From an uncultured Acidobacteriota bacterium (GTDB lineage Bacteria > Acidobacteriota > Polarisedimenticolia > J045), in NCBI GenBank assembly GCA_963702425.1, contig CAVPCQ010000020.1:82264-146263 (forward strand): DNA of 64,000 nt, read 5' to 3'. The notes under the pieces were generated by a model. The model was not told the origin of the DNA. It ran no database searches and was given only the letters and a program-made list of their open reading frames with translations. Positions 50,122 through 61,374 of the stretch are shown here, in pieces (position 1 is the first letter of the stretch; every line of letters starts with the position of its first letter). A program made the translations under genes and the position numbers.

Positions 50122-50607
50122 TTACCGCCGGGCCTTCTTCTGCGGCGCCCGCTCGCGCGCGATCGCGAAGAAGGCGAGACCGATCGCCAGGTTCACGAGC
50201 GCCATGATCGCCCACGCCGCCGGCCCCGGCACGCCCGACACGCGGCGGTCGAACAGCGCCGAGAGACCGACCAGCATCCCCCAGTCGACCAGGCTGCCGA
50301 CCAGCAGCGCGAACGCCGCCGGTACCCACCCCACCATGTCCATTCGCGAGGAGACGAGCGACAGCAGATAGGCCACGACGAGCTGCGCGAAGGCGTTCTG
50401 GCCGATCCAGCGCCCGGTCCAGATGTCCTGCGCCAGCCCGGTCGCGACCCCGACCCCCATCGCCGGCAGCGTGCGCCCGGGCAGCGTGGCGACGATCGTG
50501 ATCGCCAGCAGCGGGTTGGCGTAGCCGGCGAGCGGCGACCAGAGCCCCATCAGCCAGCGCAGCAGGACCGCGGCGGCGGCCAGCGCAAGGACGACGCGCG
50601 GCCTCAC
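50122..50607 (-). CDS. mreD: Rod shape-determining protein MreD
   Basis: Multi-TM protein with GLAQD; lies between mreC and mrdA. Confidence 0.8.
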   Translation of the reverse strand: MRPRVVLALAAAAVLLRWLMGLWSPLAGYANPLLAITIVATLPGRTLPAMGVGVATGLAQDIWTGRWIGQNAFAQLVVAYLLSLVSSRMDMVGWVPAAFALLVGSLVDWGMLVGLSALFDRRVSGVPGPAAWAIMALVNLAIGLAFFAIARERAPQKKARR

Positions 50608-51452
50608 GGCCCGCCCCCCGCCGCCTGCGGCGGCGCCCCGACCGGCGGAACCAGCAGCACCTCTTCCAGCAGCGACGGCTCGGCCGCGACCTGCACCGTG
50701 ATGCGCCAGGTCAGCGGGGACTCGCCGGAGATCTCGCGGATCGCACCGACCAGGATTCCCGGGGGGTAGAGCCCGTCGAGCCCCGAGCTGACGAGCGTGT
50801 CGCCGACGGCGACGGCCTGGTCGCGCGGCACATACTCCAGGCGGGCGAGCCGCGACGGGCCGCGGTTCCCGCCACGCAGCACGCCGTTGAAGCGGTCGGC
50901 CTGGTGCCGCACCGCGACGCCGCTGTCGGAGTCGACGATCAGCAGGACCTTGGCCGAACCGGGCGTCGCGTCGACGACGCGCCCGACGAGCGCGCCGCCC
51001 TGGATCGCAACCCAGCCCAGGCCGATCCCGCTGCTCCGCCCCTTGTCGATCATGATCGCGCGCTGCAGCGGGCCCGCCGAGAGGTCGCTGATGACGCGCG
51101 CAACGACGCCGCGCGTCGGATCGACCGCCTGCTTGAGCCCCAGCTGCGAGCGCAGCCGCTCGTTCTCCCGCAGCGCTTCCTGCCAGGCGACGCGTTCGGC
51201 TTCGAGCGCCCGGACGCGCGCGAGCAGCTGGTCGCGCTCCGCCCGCGCGCCGCGCAGCCCGGCATAGCCCCGCCAGACGCCGATCACGCTGCCGCCGGCG
51301 CCGGACACCCCCTCGACCACCGGGGCGGTCACGACGCGGAAGGCGTGGCCCAGAGCGGTCTCACCGCCCGAACGGCGCACCTGCAGCGCCATCGCCGCGA
51401 GCAGCACCAGCGCGCCGACGAGAAACACGAAGAAGGACTGCCGCTCGCTCAT
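50604..51452 (-). CDS. mreC: Rod shape-determining protein MreC
   Basis: TM, coiled coil ENERLR, IDKG...G, LVGRV, SSGLDGLYPPG. Alternative start at 51461. Confidence 0.92.
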   Translation of the reverse strand: MSERQSFFVFLVGALVLLAAMALQVRRSGGETALGHAFRVVTAPVVEGVSGAGGSVIGVWRGYAGLRGARAERDQLLARVRALEAERVAWQEALRENERLRSQLGLKQAVDPTRGVVARVISDLSAGPLQRAIMIDKGRSSGIGLGWVAIQGGALVGRVVDATPGSAKVLLIVDSDSGVAVRHQADRFNGVLRGGNRGPSRLARLEYVPRDQAVAVGDTLVSSGLDGLYPPGILVGAIREISGESPLTWRITVQVAAEPSLLEEVLLVPPVGAPPQAAGGGP

Positions 51453-51504
51453 GGCCCGCACCCGCAGCGGGCGTCCGACCGCTCGGGAGAGCGGCGCGGA
51501 ACGC

Positions 51505-52536
51505 TCAATCGATGCACACCTTCCGCAACAGGTCGAAGTCCGTCAGCATCCGCCCGATCCCCAGCGCGACTGCGGCCTGCGGTTCCTCGGCCAGACTCAC
51601 CGGTAGACCGGTCTCCTCGCGCAGCCGTTTGTCGAGATTGCGCAGCATCGAGCCGCCGCCGGCGAGGATGATCCCGCGGTCGCCGATGTCGGCCGAGAGC
51701 TCGGGAGGGATCTGCTCGAGGGCGATCCGGGTCGCGTCGACGATCACGGAGACCGTCTCGGCGAGCGCCTCGCGGATCTCGTCGTCGTTGATCGGGACCG
51801 TCTTGGGGATCCCCTCGACGAGGTCGCGGCCGCGGATTTCCATCGCCAGCGGGTCGTCGAGCGGGAAGGCCGAGCCGACCTTGATCTTGACCTCTTCGGC
51901 CGTGCGCTCGCCGATCAGGAGATTGTGCTTCTTCTTGATGTACTGGATGATCGCCTCGTCCATCTCATTGCCAGCGACGCGCACCGAGCGGCTGTAGACG
52001 ATCCCGGCCATCGAGATGACCGCGATGTCGGTCGTCCCGCCGCCGATGTCGATGATCATGTTGCCGGTCGGCTCGGTGATCGGCAGCCCGGCGCCGATCG
52101 CCGCCATCATCGCCTGCTCAACGAGGTAGACCTCGGTCGCCTTGGCTTTGATCGCCGAGTCGCGGACGGCACGTTTCTCAACCTGGGTGATCTCCGAGGG
52201 CACGCCGATCACGATCCGCGGCCGCACCCCGAGCCGCCGGTTGTGGGCCCGCACGATGAAGTACTCGAGCATCTTCTCGGTGTGTTCGAAGTCGGCGATG
52301 ACGCCGTCCTTCATCGGCCGAATCGCCAGGATGTTGCCCGGCGTGCGGCCGAGCATCTCCTTGGCCTCGCGTCCGACCGCCTCGACCTTCCCTGTCTTCT
52401 GGTTCACAGCGACGATCGAGGGCTCGTTGACGACGATCCCCTTGCCGCGCGCGAAGACGATCGTCGTCGCGGTGCCGAGATCGATCGCCAGGTCGTTCGA
52501 GAAGAGCGACAGGACCGAACGGGGCCAGAATGCCAA
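51505..52536 (-). CDS. mreB: Rod shape-determining protein MreB
   Basis: AIDLGT, RPMKDGVIADF, AAIGAGLP, DIGGGTT, PPELSADI. Confidence 0.97.
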   Translation of the reverse strand: MAFWPRSVLSLFSNDLAIDLGTATTIVFARGKGIVVNEPSIVAVNQKTGKVEAVGREAKEMLGRTPGNILAIRPMKDGVIADFEHTEKMLEYFIVRAHNRRLGVRPRIVIGVPSEITQVEKRAVRDSAIKAKATEVYLVEQAMMAAIGAGLPITEPTGNMIIDIGGGTTDIAVISMAGIVYSRSVRVAGNEMDEAIIQYIKKKHNLLIGERTAEEVKIKVGSAFPLDDPLAMEIRGRDLVEGIPKTVPINDDEIREALAETVSVIVDATRIALEQIPPELSADIGDRGIILAGGGSMLRNLDKRLREETGLPVSLAEEPQAAVALGIGRMLTDFDLLRKVCID

Positions 52537-52798
52537 CGGACTTCCTCCGGGGCTGCCGGTCAGGCGAACCCGTCTTCCGCGCTGCGATCCGCACTACGAC
52601 CAGGGTCGACCCGGCCGGGCAGACCGGGATCCACCTGCCACCGGTTCCGAGGGTTGGGGCTGGGCCCTGTCACGCGGAAAATCCGGCCCCTGGCGGACGA
52701 AATAGTAGCCAAACATCCCGGCCTAGACAAGGCAGATCGGCGCGAAACCACGGATTCCGCGGGAGTTCCGGCGCGCCCCACAGCTCGGCCGGGGCGCC

Positions 52799-53923
52799 TC
52801 ACGAGGTCGTGACCGGCTCCGGGACCCCGGCCGGGCGGGCCAGCTGGACCCCGTTCTTCCCCGAGTACTTCACCCGGTACATCGCCGCATCGGCGGCCGC
52901 GAGCAGCGCATCCGGGCCGTGAGCGTGGTCGGGGAAGCAGGCGACCCCGACGCTGGCGGAGATGTGGACCGCCAGGCCCATCCCCCGCAGGAATTCATGT
53001 TCCTCGATCCGGCGGCGGATCCGCTCGGCCATCGCGAGTGCCCCGGGGGTGCCGGTCTCGGCCAGGACGATCGCGAACTCGTCCCCGCCGTAGCGCGCCA
53101 CCACGTCGATGTCGCGGACGTTGCAGCGCAGCACCTCACCGACCTCGGCCAGGGTGCGCGAGCCGGCCATGTGGCCGTGGTTGTCGTTGACCTGCTTGAA
53201 GCCGTCGAGGTCCAGGAAGAGGAGCGCCACCTGGTGGCCGTAGCGGGCCGCCCGCTTGGTCTCCCGGCGCAGGTAGTTCTGCATGAAGCGGGCGTTGTAG
53301 AGCCGTGTCAGGTCGTCGGTGACGGTCCGCTCCTCGAGCTTGCGGAACAGGATCGCGTTTTCGAGCGCAATCGCGGCCGGGTCGAGCAGCGCCGCGAGCA
53401 GCCGGACGTCGGCGGCGCAGAAGCCGCGCTCCGAGGGGTCGGCCAGCTCGGCCACGCCGATCACACGCCCCCGCGAGACCAGGGGGAGCGCGAGCAGCGC
53501 CGGCGGCGCCCCCTCCGGCCACTCGAGCCGGGTGTCGACGCGGGGATCGTGGCGCGCGTCGGCGAGGCGCACGGGCTCGCGCCAGCGCGCCACCCAGCCG
53601 GCAAGGCCGGTCCCGAGCGGGAGTTCCGCGACCGGCGCCGCGGCCTCCTCGGGGTCGCGCCGGGCCTCGAGCCGCAGCAGCCCGGCGGCCTCGTCGACGC
53701 GGTAGAGCCGGAAGCGGCGCGCACCGAGCATCGCGGCGGCGCGCTCCATGATGAACTGCGCGACCATCTCGGGATCCAGCAGCGAGCCGGCCGCCCGCAC
53801 CGTGGAGGTGAAGAGCTCGAGCCGGCGGGCCAGCGCGTCGGCCCGTGCCCGCTGCCGGGCGGCGTTCCGCTCGGCCCGCGCCAGGGGATCGCGCGAGGGC
53901 TCGCCGCGCCGCTCAGAAGGCAT
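52799..53923 (-). CDS. GAF-GGDEF diguanylate cyclase
   Basis: GAF ([19 protein letters not shown]); [19 protein letters not shown]-site RDID, RYGGDEF. Start 53923 or 53929. Confidence 0.92.
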   Translation of the reverse strand: MPSERRGEPSRDPLARAERNAARQRARADALARRLELFTSTVRAAGSLLDPEMVAQFIMERAAAMLGARRFRLYRVDEAAGLLRLEARRDPEEAAAPVAELPLGTGLAGWVARWREPVRLADARHDPRVDTRLEWPEGAPPALLALPLVSRGRVIGVAELADPSERGFCAADVRLLAALLDPAAIALENAILFRKLEERTVTDDLTRLYNARFMQNYLRRETKRAARYGHQVALLFLDLDGFKQVNDNHGHMAGSRTLAEVGEVLRCNVRDIDVVARYGGDEFAIVLAETGTPGALAMAERIRRRIEEHEFLRGMGLAVHISASVGVACFPDHAHGPDALLAAADAAMYRVKYSGKNGVQLARPAGVPEPVTTS

Positions 53924-55193
53924 CGACATAGGCCGACCCGACCCGCCGCGTCTCGTTGCCGGCGGCATCCTGGGCCAGGAAGCTGATCTTGTTCTTTCCG
54001 TATTCGCGCAGCCGCACCAGCCAGGTGAACTTGCCGTCGTCCTCCACGTCGACCCGTTCTCCATCGATCCAGACCTGGCTGCCGGGCTCGGTCCGGCCCG
54101 AGACGATGGCGTTGGTTCCAACGACCAGGATCTCGTGGACGTCGAGCGGCGGGGCCTGGCGGTCGGAGACGTCGCGGAACTCGGAACCGAGCAGCCGGAA
54201 GGCGCGGGTCTCGGACCACTGCCCGTCGTGACCCTTGCTGTCGATCGCCGCCACCCGCCAGTAGTAGGTGCCCGGGGCCAGGCCGGCGAACTCGTACCCG
54301 GTCCCCTCGAGCGGACCCTCGTTGCGCATCGCCTGCGCGAAGTGGTGGCGGTCGGAGACCTGGACGCGGTAGGACGACGCGCCGGGGACCTCGCCCCAGC
54401 CGAGTCCGATCGTCCCCTCCTTTCCCGGGGCGAACGACTTCTGGTCGGGCGGGAAGTTGATCCGGGGCGCCTCGAGCAGCGCCACGACCTCGACGACCCG
54501 CCCGCTGCGCTCGACCGTCGCACGCGCGCTCTGCGGCAGCGGGATCTCCTCGCCCGCGGTGGCGAGGGTCAACTCGCCGCGGTAGCTGAGGATCTCCGAC
54601 TCCCCATTCTCGCGGTCGTGCCGCAGCTGGAACTCCGACGCCTTGCGGGCGCGGATCGCCGCCTTCTCGGTCGCCACCTCGTGGACCGAGGAGATCCCGG
54701 CGTTGTCCTGCGTGCGCGCCGAGAGCGAACCGAAGGCCAGGCGCTCGGAGACCTTCTGGCGCCGCTGCGTCGCGTCCCGCCACAGGTCCCGGATCTCGAG
54801 CAGCGAGTCGGGGCTGACGGTCATCGCCGTGCCGTCGAAGTAGAGCAGTTGCGCCGTCCCCCCCTCGCCCGTGCGGATCTGGTCGCCGGCGAGCACGACG
54901 GTACGGTCGCTGGCCGGCTCCCAGAGGAATTGCCCGGCGCGCTTGACGCGGACGTCGCCCTCGATCCTCACCACGCGCACGCCGTCTTCGGACTCGCCCG
55001 GCTTGACGCCCGATTCGGCCGCGCTCCGTTCGGCACCGCGCCGGGAGGAGGGCCCGAAGCGTCCCCAGAGTACGACCCCGGCACCGAGCGCCAGGATCGC
55101 TACGCCGATCGCGATCGTCCGGTAGCGGATGTAGATCCACTCGACGCGGAGCTTTTGGGCGCCGCGGCGGCCGGCCGTTTTCTCCGCGTCCAT
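53913..55193 (-). CDS. Bitopic FecR-domain protein with FN3/Ig-like domains
   Basis: One TM; FecR-like (GDQIRTG, FDGT...SPDSLLEI); FN3 (YYWRVAAID); Ig-like ([13 protein letters not shown]...D.AGN). Confidence 0.78.
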   Translation of the reverse strand: MDAEKTAGRRGAQKLRVEWIYIRYRTIAIGVAILALGAGVVLWGRFGPSSRRGAERSAAESGVKPGESEDGVRVVRIEGDVRVKRAGQFLWEPASDRTVVLAGDQIRTGEGGTAQLLYFDGTAMTVSPDSLLEIRDLWRDATQRRQKVSERLAFGSLSARTQDNAGISSVHEVATEKAAIRARKASEFQLRHDRENGESEILSYRGELTLATAGEEIPLPQSARATVERSGRVVEVVALLEAPRINFPPDQKSFAPGKEGTIGLGWGEVPGASSYRVQVSDRHHFAQAMRNEGPLEGTGYEFAGLAPGTYYWRVAAIDSKGHDGQWSETRAFRLLGSEFRDVSDRQAPPLDVHEILVVGTNAIVSGRTEPGSQVWIDGERVDVEDDGKFTWLVRLREYGKNKISFLAQDAAGNETRRVGSAYVDAF

Positions 55194-55397
55194 CAACCGC
55201 TCCCCGCGCCCGAGCCTGACCCCTGCGGGGACCGGACGCCGGGCCCCCGGTTAACTTGGTGCCCGGGCCGGAAGCGGGCAAACTCCCGCCCGCCCGTGGG
55301 TTGCCTGGCCTGGCAGGTTCGCGCTACGCTCCGCGGGTTTCGGCAGTCCCGCCGAGCGCCCCCTGTGTGCCAGGGTGTCTTCCGAGGAGTTTCGATC

Positions 55398-57317
55398 GTG
55401 CTCGAAGTCTTTCGCCGGAATCTGAAGCATTTCAAGTGGATCCTCGTCCTGGTCATCGTCTCGTTCGCCCTTTTGTTCGGGGTCGACTGGTGGACTGGGC
55501 CCGGGCAGGGCTCGAGCGGCGGCGGGCCGTGGATCGCCAAGGTCAACGGCACCGAAGTCCCGGTGCAGATCTGGCAGGAGACGGCGCAGCGGATGGACGC
55601 GCAGTACCAGCGGATGTTCGGCGCGCAGTACGCCCAGCTCCGCGACCGAATCGACGTCCGCCGCGAGGCCGCCGAGCAGCTGGTGCAGAAGGAGCTGATC
55701 CTCCAGGACGCTGCGCGGCAGGGTCTCACGGTCTCGAACGAGGAACTCATCGCCGCGCTCCTGCGGATCCCCCAGCTCCAGCGCGACGGGAAGTTCGTCG
55801 GCCTCGAGGAGTACCGGCAGCTGCTGAGACGCGGCGCCGTCCCCCCCTACTCCTCGCCGGAGCAGTTCGAAGCGGCCGTGCGCCAGGACATCGTGGCCCA
55901 GCGCTGGCAGGAGCTGATCGCGTCCTCGATCGCGGTCTCGCCGGCGGAGGTGGAGAAGGCGTTCCGCGACCGGCACGAGACCGTTTCCTTCGACTACCTC
56001 GTGGTTCCGATCGATCCCGCGCAGGTCGGCATCCCCGGCGACGCCGAGTTGGGGCCGTGGTACGCGGCGCGCATCGCGCGCTACGCCCAGGGCGACGGAC
56101 GCCGGGCGATCTACGTGCTCGTGGACGACAAGGCGGTCGAGGGCCGCGTGCAGGTCACCGATGCCGAGATCCAGGCCTTCTACGACCAGAACAAGGAGAT
56201 GTTCTCGCGGCCGGAGGAGCGGCGCGCGCGTCACGTGCTGGTCAAGGTCGACGCGACCGCCGACCAGGCTGCGCTCGACGCGGCGCAGAAGACGATCGAA
56301 AGCGTCGCGGCCCAGGCCCGCGCCGGCGCCGATTTCGCGCAGCTCGCGGCGAAGTACTCCGACGATCCGGGCAGCAAGACGCAGGGGGGCGACCTCGGCT
56401 TCTTCCCGCGCGGCCGGATGGTGCCGGAGTTCGACGAGGCCGTCTTCACGCTGGCGCCGGGTGCGATCTCGGACCCCGTGCGCACCTCGTTCGGCTACCA
56501 CGTGATCCAGCTGCAGGAGGTCCGGCCGGCCGGCCAGCGGCCGCTGGCCGAGGTGAAGGAGCAGATCAGGGGCCAGCTCCGGTTCCCGCGCCTGCGCGAG
56601 GAAGCATCGAAGCTGGCCAAGGAGTTCCACGCCAAGGTCAAGGGGGGCGCGGACCTCCGCAAGACGGCGGAAGAGATGAAGCTGACGGTGCAGGACGCCG
56701 GGGTGGTCACGCGCCAGGGCGCCGTCCCCGGCCTCGGACCGGCGCCGGAATTCGTCGCCGCGCTATTCGCTCTGGACAAGGGGGCGCTCTCCGACCCGGT
56801 CGCGCTGCCGCGCGGTGACGCCGTGATCCAGCTGCAGGAGATCGTGACCGACTACAAGCCGCCGCTGGACGCGGTCCGCGCGCGCGTTGCCGACGACTAC
56901 CGGCGCGAACAGGCCAGGGACCTCGCCCTCGCCCGCGCGAAGGGTGCCTACGACGCCGACCTCGCGAAGATGGCCACGGCACTCGGGACGACCGTGCAGA
57001 GCACGCAGCCGTCGATCGCCCGCGGCCAGGCCCTGCCCGGCGTCGGGCTCGACCCCGCGGTCGAGGCGGCCGCGTTCGCCGGCACGGTGGGCGAGATCGT
57101 CGGGCCGATCGCCGGCCAGCGCGCCGTGCTCGTGATGCGGATCTCCGGCCGCAGCCAGGCCGAGATGGCGAAGCTCGCGGAGGAAGCGGAGACGATCCGG
57201 AGCTCGCTGCGCGCGCAGCAGGCCCAGCGCCTGATCGAGTTCCGGCTCGAGGAGCTGCGCTCCGGGGCGGAGGTCGAGCTCAACGACTCCCTGCTCGGCC
57301 GGGGCGGGAAGGGCTGA
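55398..57317 (+). CDS. ppiD: Membrane-anchored periplasmic chaperone PpiD (SurA-N + parvulin)
   Basis: N-terminal [42 protein letters not shown]. Confidence 0.85.
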   Translation: MLEVFRRNLKHFKWILVLVIVSFALLFGVDWWTGPGQGSSGGGPWIAKVNGTEVPVQIWQETAQRMDAQYQRMFGAQYAQLRDRIDVRREAAEQLVQKELILQDAARQGLTVSNEELIAALLRIPQLQRDGKFVGLEEYRQLLRRGAVPPYSSPEQFEAAVRQDIVAQRWQELIASSIAVSPAEVEKAFRDRHETVSFDYLVVPIDPAQVGIPGDAELGPWYAARIARYAQGDGRRAIYVLVDDKAVEGRVQVTDAEIQAFYDQNKEMFSRPEERRARHVLVKVDATADQAALDAAQKTIESVAAQARAGADFAQLAAKYSDDPGSKTQGGDLGFFPRGRMVPEFDEAVFTLAPGAISDPVRTSFGYHVIQLQEVRPAGQRPLAEVKEQIRGQLRFPRLREEASKLAKEFHAKVKGGADLRKTAEEMKLTVQDAGVVTRQGAVPGLGPAPEFVAALFALDKGALSDPVALPRGDAVIQLQEIVTDYKPPLDAVRARVADDYRREQARDLALARAKGAYDADLAKMATALGTTVQSTQPSIARGQALPGVGLDPAVEAAAFAGTVGEIVGPIAGQRAVLVMRISGRSQAEMAKLAEEAETIRSSLRAQQAQRLIEFRLEELRSGAEVELNDSLLGRGGKG

Positions 57318-57455
57318 GGCCGCGCTCGGTCCGCGCGTTCCCGCACGGGTTCGCGGCGTCGGTTACGTTACTGCGCTCGCGGCCGCGAAAATCGGCGTGG
57401 AGGTCCCTCCGCACGGCGTGTAGATTCTGCGTCGACACGTTTCCCGAGGGTTCCC

Positions 57456-57914
57456 ATGGGCGATCACCCCTGCTTCGCCACGCTCGTCCGTTCGCGCGCC
57501 GCGCACAAGAGCGGCCAGTCCCGCGAAGCGCTCGCGCTGGCTGAGGCTTCCTACCGGATGCTGCGCGACATCCCGGGCGCTCCGCGCGACGCGGCGGTCA
57601 TCCCTTCCTGGTACGGCTTTCTGCTTGGAACGGTCGGAAACCGGCGCAGCGAGGGGCTCGCGCTCTGCCGCAACGCGGCCTCCGAGCTGTTCTGGGAGCC
57701 GCTGGTCCACGAGAACCTGGCGCGCCTCGAGCTGGCCTGCGGGCACCGGAAGGACGCGGTCTCGACGCTCGAGCGCGGGCTTGCGCTCGCCCCGGACCAC
57801 GACGGCCTGAAGGAGCTGCGCACCCAGCTGGGCCGCCGCCGACCGCCGCCGTTGCCCTTCCTGGGGCGCGCGAATCGGGTCAACCGGGTGCTCGGGCGGC
57901 TCTTCTACCGTTAG
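57456..57914 (+). CDS. Small TPR-like protein
   Basis: TPR pattern ENLARLEL...AV..LERGLALAP; basic C-terminal motif GRRRPPPLPFL.R.N.VN..LG. Confidence 0.7.
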   Translation: MGDHPCFATLVRSRAAHKSGQSREALALAEASYRMLRDIPGAPRDAAVIPSWYGFLLGTVGNRRSEGLALCRNAASELFWEPLVHENLARLELACGHRKDAVSTLERGLALAPDHDGLKELRTQLGRRRPPPLPFLGRANRVNRVLGRLFYR

Positions 57915-57926
57915 CTCCGCGCCGGG

Positions 57927-59576
57927 CTAGGTGAAGCGGTAGCGCGGCCCTTCGCCCCCCTCCGGCGGCACCCAGAGGATCACCCCGTACGGGTCGGCGA
58001 TGTCGCAGATCTTGCAGTGCACGCAGTTCGAGAAATTGAGGTGGAGCCGCGTTCCGTCGTTCCCGTCGGGACGCATCTCGTAGACGCCCGCGGGGCAGAA
58101 CGACTCGCACGGATTTCCGTACTCGATCCGGCAGCGCGACCCGCACAGGTCGGGGTCGGTGACGACGAGGTGCGGCGGCTGGTTCTCGTCGTGCCGCGTC
58201 CCGGAGTGGTAGACGTCCGATACCTTGTCGAGGAGCCGCTGGCCGTCGAACGAAGGGCGCGCGGACGCGGGTTGCCTCCAGGCGGCGAGGCGCGCCGTGA
58301 GGCGGTGATCCTCCTCCGCCGGGTAGCGTTCGACGAGACCTCGGCCGCCGGTGGCGAACTGCAGCGCGGTGTTCAGCATCCCGCGCACCAGCCCCTGCTG
58401 GTAAGCCTGGCGGAAATTGCGGACCTGGTAGAGCTCCTGGCCGATCGGACCGTCGTGCAGGCTGCGGTCGTAGGCCATCAGCTTCGGTGCCGAGACGTCG
58501 TCCGCGGCGAGTGCGTCGAGGGCTGCCTCCGCGGCCGCCATGCCGGACTCGATGGCGAGGTGGATCCCCTTGAGGCGCAGCGCGTTGACGAGTCCGGCGG
58601 CGTCACCGAGCAGCAGCGCGCCGTCGACCGCGAGCTTCGGGATCGACCAGTAGCCCCCCTCGGGGATCGCCTTCGCGGCGTAGGAAACGACTTCCCCACC
58701 CGCCAGGAACTCGCGGAAGAAGGGGTGGGTCTTCAGCTCCTGCAGCCGCTCATGCACGTTCAGGCGCGGGTCCGGCGAGTCCAGGCCCGCGACCAGCCCG
58801 AGCGAGACCATGTCGCCCTGCAGGTCGTAGAGGAAGGCGCCGCCGAACGTGTGTGCCGGGAGCGGCCAGCCCATCGTGTGCCAGACGCACCCCCCCGTCA
58901 CCCGGCCCGGTGGGAGGCGCCAGATCTCCTTGGCGCCGCCGGCGTAGATCATCGGGTTTTTCCCCTCGTCGAGCTGCGCGGTGCGGATGAGCGACTGCGA
59001 GAGGTTGCCCCGCACTCCGTCGGCGAGCAGCGTCAGGCGGGCCCGCACGTCGTAGCCGGGCTCGAAGTTCCCCTTCGGCTCGCCGCGGCGGTCGACGCCG
59101 CGGTCGCCGGTGCGGACGCCGACGACACGACCCTGCTCGCGCAGCAGGGCCGCCGCGGCGAAGCCGGCGAAGACGTTGACCCCCAGCTCCTCGGCCTCGC
59201 TTTCGAGCCAGGCGACGAGCTTCTGGAGCGAAACGATGACGCCGCCGTGGTGGCGCATCGAGGGAGGCAGGTAGGGCAGCCTGAGGGCCCGCGTGGCGGT
59301 CAGGAAGAGCATCGTCTCCTCCCGCACGGCGCCCTCCGTGGGGGCCCGCTCGCGCCAGCCGGGGAGCAGGGCGTCGAGACCGCGCGGGTCCATGACCGCG
59401 CCGGAGACGGAGTGAGCCCCCAGCTCGGGGGCCTTTTCGAGCAGCGCGATCGCCGGCTCGTCGACGCCCCGGCGGCGCGCTTCGCGCACGAGGTGGATCG
59501 CCGCCGCGAGGCCGGCCGGCCCGCCTCCGACAATCGCGACGTCGACCTCGAGCTCTTCCCGTCCGGCTGTGGCCAT
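57927..59576 (-). CDS. Electron transfer flavoprotein-quinone oxidoreductase (ETF-QO)
   Basis: VGGGPAGL, HSVSGA, IPEGG, GDAAG...KGIHLA, C-terminal Fe-S FCPAGVYE...NCVHCKICDI, PEGGEGP. Confidence 0.93.
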   Translation of the reverse strand: MATAGREELEVDVAIVGGGPAGLAAAIHLVREARRRGVDEPAIALLEKAPELGAHSVSGAVMDPRGLDALLPGWRERAPTEGAVREETMLFLTATRALRLPYLPPSMRHHGGVIVSLQKLVAWLESEAEELGVNVFAGFAAAALLREQGRVVGVRTGDRGVDRRGEPKGNFEPGYDVRARLTLLADGVRGNLSQSLIRTAQLDEGKNPMIYAGGAKEIWRLPPGRVTGGCVWHTMGWPLPAHTFGGAFLYDLQGDMVSLGLVAGLDSPDPRLNVHERLQELKTHPFFREFLAGGEVVSYAAKAIPEGGYWSIPKLAVDGALLLGDAAGLVNALRLKGIHLAIESGMAAAEAALDALAADDVSAPKLMAYDRSLHDGPIGQELYQVRNFRQAYQQGLVRGMLNTALQFATGGRGLVERYPAEEDHRLTARLAAWRQPASARPSFDGQRLLDKVSDVYHSGTRHDENQPPHLVVTDPDLCGSRCRIEYGNPCESFCPAGVYEMRPDGNDGTRLHLNFSNCVHCKICDIADPYGVILWVPPEGGEGPRYRFT

Positions 59577-59713
59577 GCGCGGTCCCTTCCGTGGGTCGTG
59601 GATCATCCTCAGCGGCGGCAAGGGCGTCAAATCGCGCCGCCCGGCGGCCGCCGGACCGCGGCCTTGCGCCCCGCCGCCCGGACAGGGACAATTCCGCCGC
59701 TCCCGAGGACCCG

Positions 59714-60592
59714 TTGAATCCCACCCGGAACAAGGCAACCTGGCTGCCGCTTGCCGCGGTGCTGCTCGCACTGCTCTCCGCCGCCGCGTGCGACACGAGC
59801 CAGGAGCTTTCCGAGGGCGAGCGCCGGGTCGTCGTCGGCAGCGTCACCCCCAACCTCTGCCCGTTCCCCGATGCCGACAGCACCGTCAACGTGCAGGCCA
59901 CGGTCTACGGCCTCGACGGCTCCGTGGCTCCCGGCGTCGCCGTGACGATGACGACGACGGACGGCGTCTTCCCCAACGGCACGCAGACCGAGACGGTGAA
60001 GACGGGCGAGGCCGGGATCGTCAACCTCGTCGTGACGACGCGGCGGCCGCCGGACGACCTGATCCTCGTCACCGGGACCCTCCCCGACGGCAAACAGGAC
60101 TCGGTCGAGATCAAGGCCCCCCCCTCTCCCCGCGTCGCGCTGTTCACCCAGGCCCCCTCCGTCGCGGTCGGCGAGGAGATCACGATCATCGTCCCGGTCT
60201 CCGGACTGTGCTTCGTGAGCCAGGCGCTGTTCGACATCTCCTACGACCCGGCCGTGGTGTCGTTCGATACGACGGCCGAAGGGGGAATCTTCAACAACGT
60301 CGACAACGGCGGCGCCATGACCCCGGCCGACCTGTACGTCGTCGATGCTCCCCGCGGAAACATGCGGATCAACTACGCGCGCACCGACCGGCCGCAGACC
60401 GGCGTCACGATCTCAGGCACCCTGCTCGGGATCCGTTTCACGGCGATCGCTCCAGGCCTACCCAAGATCTACATCCGCGACGTGTCGATGCTCCCCGTCG
60501 ACGGCCGCCCGTACCCGACCGACAACGGGACAGATTCGCCGGATTCGCTGCCGATCACCGTGACCCCGGCCACCCCGGCCGCGGTCCGGTGA
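59714..60592 (+). CDS. Lipoprotein with Ig-like (Big_1-like) and cohesin-like domains
   Basis: RBS GAGGA plus TTG; lipobox AAAC; Ig-like (VQATV...PGVAVT.TT..G); cohesin-like (VAVGEEITI, FDISYDPAVV, SGTLLGIRF.A..PG). Confidence 0.72.
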   Translation: MNPTRNKATWLPLAAVLLALLSAAACDTSQELSEGERRVVVGSVTPNLCPFPDADSTVNVQATVYGLDGSVAPGVAVTMTTTDGVFPNGTQTETVKTGEAGIVNLVVTTRRPPDDLILVTGTLPDGKQDSVEIKAPPSPRVALFTQAPSVAVGEEITIIVPVSGLCFVSQALFDISYDPAVVSFDTTAEGGIFNNVDNGGAMTPADLYVVDAPRGNMRINYARTDRPQTGVTISGTLLGIRFTAIAPGLPKIYIRDVSMLPVDGRPYPTDNGTDSPDSLPITVTPATPAAVR

Positions 60593-61374
60593 ACCAGGGC
60601 CGGCGAGTCGACGTTCCGCCCCAGTCGCTGCCCTCGCGGCGCGAGATCCTGACCCGCCCCCTTCCCGACCTCCCGTGGCGCGACCGCCCGCTGCAGCGCT
60701 TCGTCGTCTCGGTCCTGCGGGGTCTGTTCATCGAGGCCCACGGCGTCGAGCGCGTCGCGGTCGAGCACGACCCTTTCATCTTCGTGGTCAACCACAACCA
60801 GCGGCCGGAAGCCGTGGCCATCCCGACGATGCTCTACATGTTCCGGGGGGGGCGGATCATCCACTTCATCGCCGACTGGAACTCGATGCTGATCCCGTTC
60901 GTCGGTTACGTGATGCGCCGCGGCAAGGTCCTGACCCTGGTTCGGAAGGACGCGCGCCCGCGGATCCTCAACCTCCTGAAACCGCTCTACGACCATCCCG
61001 ATCCTGTGTTCGTTCGCGCCCGCAAGCTGCTCGACGCCGGCCGCTCGGTCGGGATCTTCCCGGAGGGGACGGTGAACCGCGATCCGCAGCACCTCCTTCC
61101 GGGCCACCCGGGGGCGGCCCGCCTGTCGCTCCAGAGCGGGCGCCCGCTGATTCCCGCCGGGTTGCGCTTCCCCGGTCACCCGCCGGATCGACCGATCCAC
61201 GACCTCTCGCGGTTCGTGCTCGAGATCGGCGAGCCGCTCGCGCCGCCCGCGACCGAACGACCGGGGCGCCCCTCGCCGCAGGAGGTTCGGGCGTGGCATG
61301 ATCGAATGATGAGGGAGTTGTCCCGCCTGTCCGGCAAGGCCTGGGAACCCCGCTCGGGCGGGAGCCGCGCATGA
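60589..61374 (+). CDS. Lysophospholipid acyltransferase family protein (PlsC-like)
   Basis: VNHNQRPE (HX4E variant), HFIAD, GIFPEGT. GTG overlaps the upstream stop. Confidence 0.85.
   Translation: MNQGRRVDVPPQSLPSRREILTRPLPDLPWRDRPLQRFVVSVLRGLFIEAHGVERVAVEHDPFIFVVNHNQRPEAVAIPTMLYMFRGGRIIHFIADWNSMLIPFVGYVMRRGKVLTLVRKDARPRILNLLKPLYDHPDPVFVRARKLLDAGRSVGIFPEGTVNRDPQHLLPGHPGAARLSLQSGRPLIPAGLRFPGHPPDRPIHDLSRFVLEIGEPLAPPATERPGRPSPQEVRAWHDRMMRELSRLSGKAWEPRSGGSRA

Noticed and set aside
52540-52798. Long intergenic region upstream of mreB examined for a riboswitch or tRNA
   Set aside because: No cloverleaf or recognisable aptamer consensus; only weak promoter-like hexamers.
53748-55397. Apparent 550-aa N-terminal extension of PpiD (1189-aa ORF)
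   Set aside because: It is the antisense shadow of the FecR-FN3 gene. An RBS plus GTG at 55398 gives a normal PpiD start.
59569-60588. Apparent 601-aa fusion ending in the acyltransferase
   Set aside because: The upstream part is an off-frame reading of the cohesin lipoprotein gene. The real start is GTG 60589.
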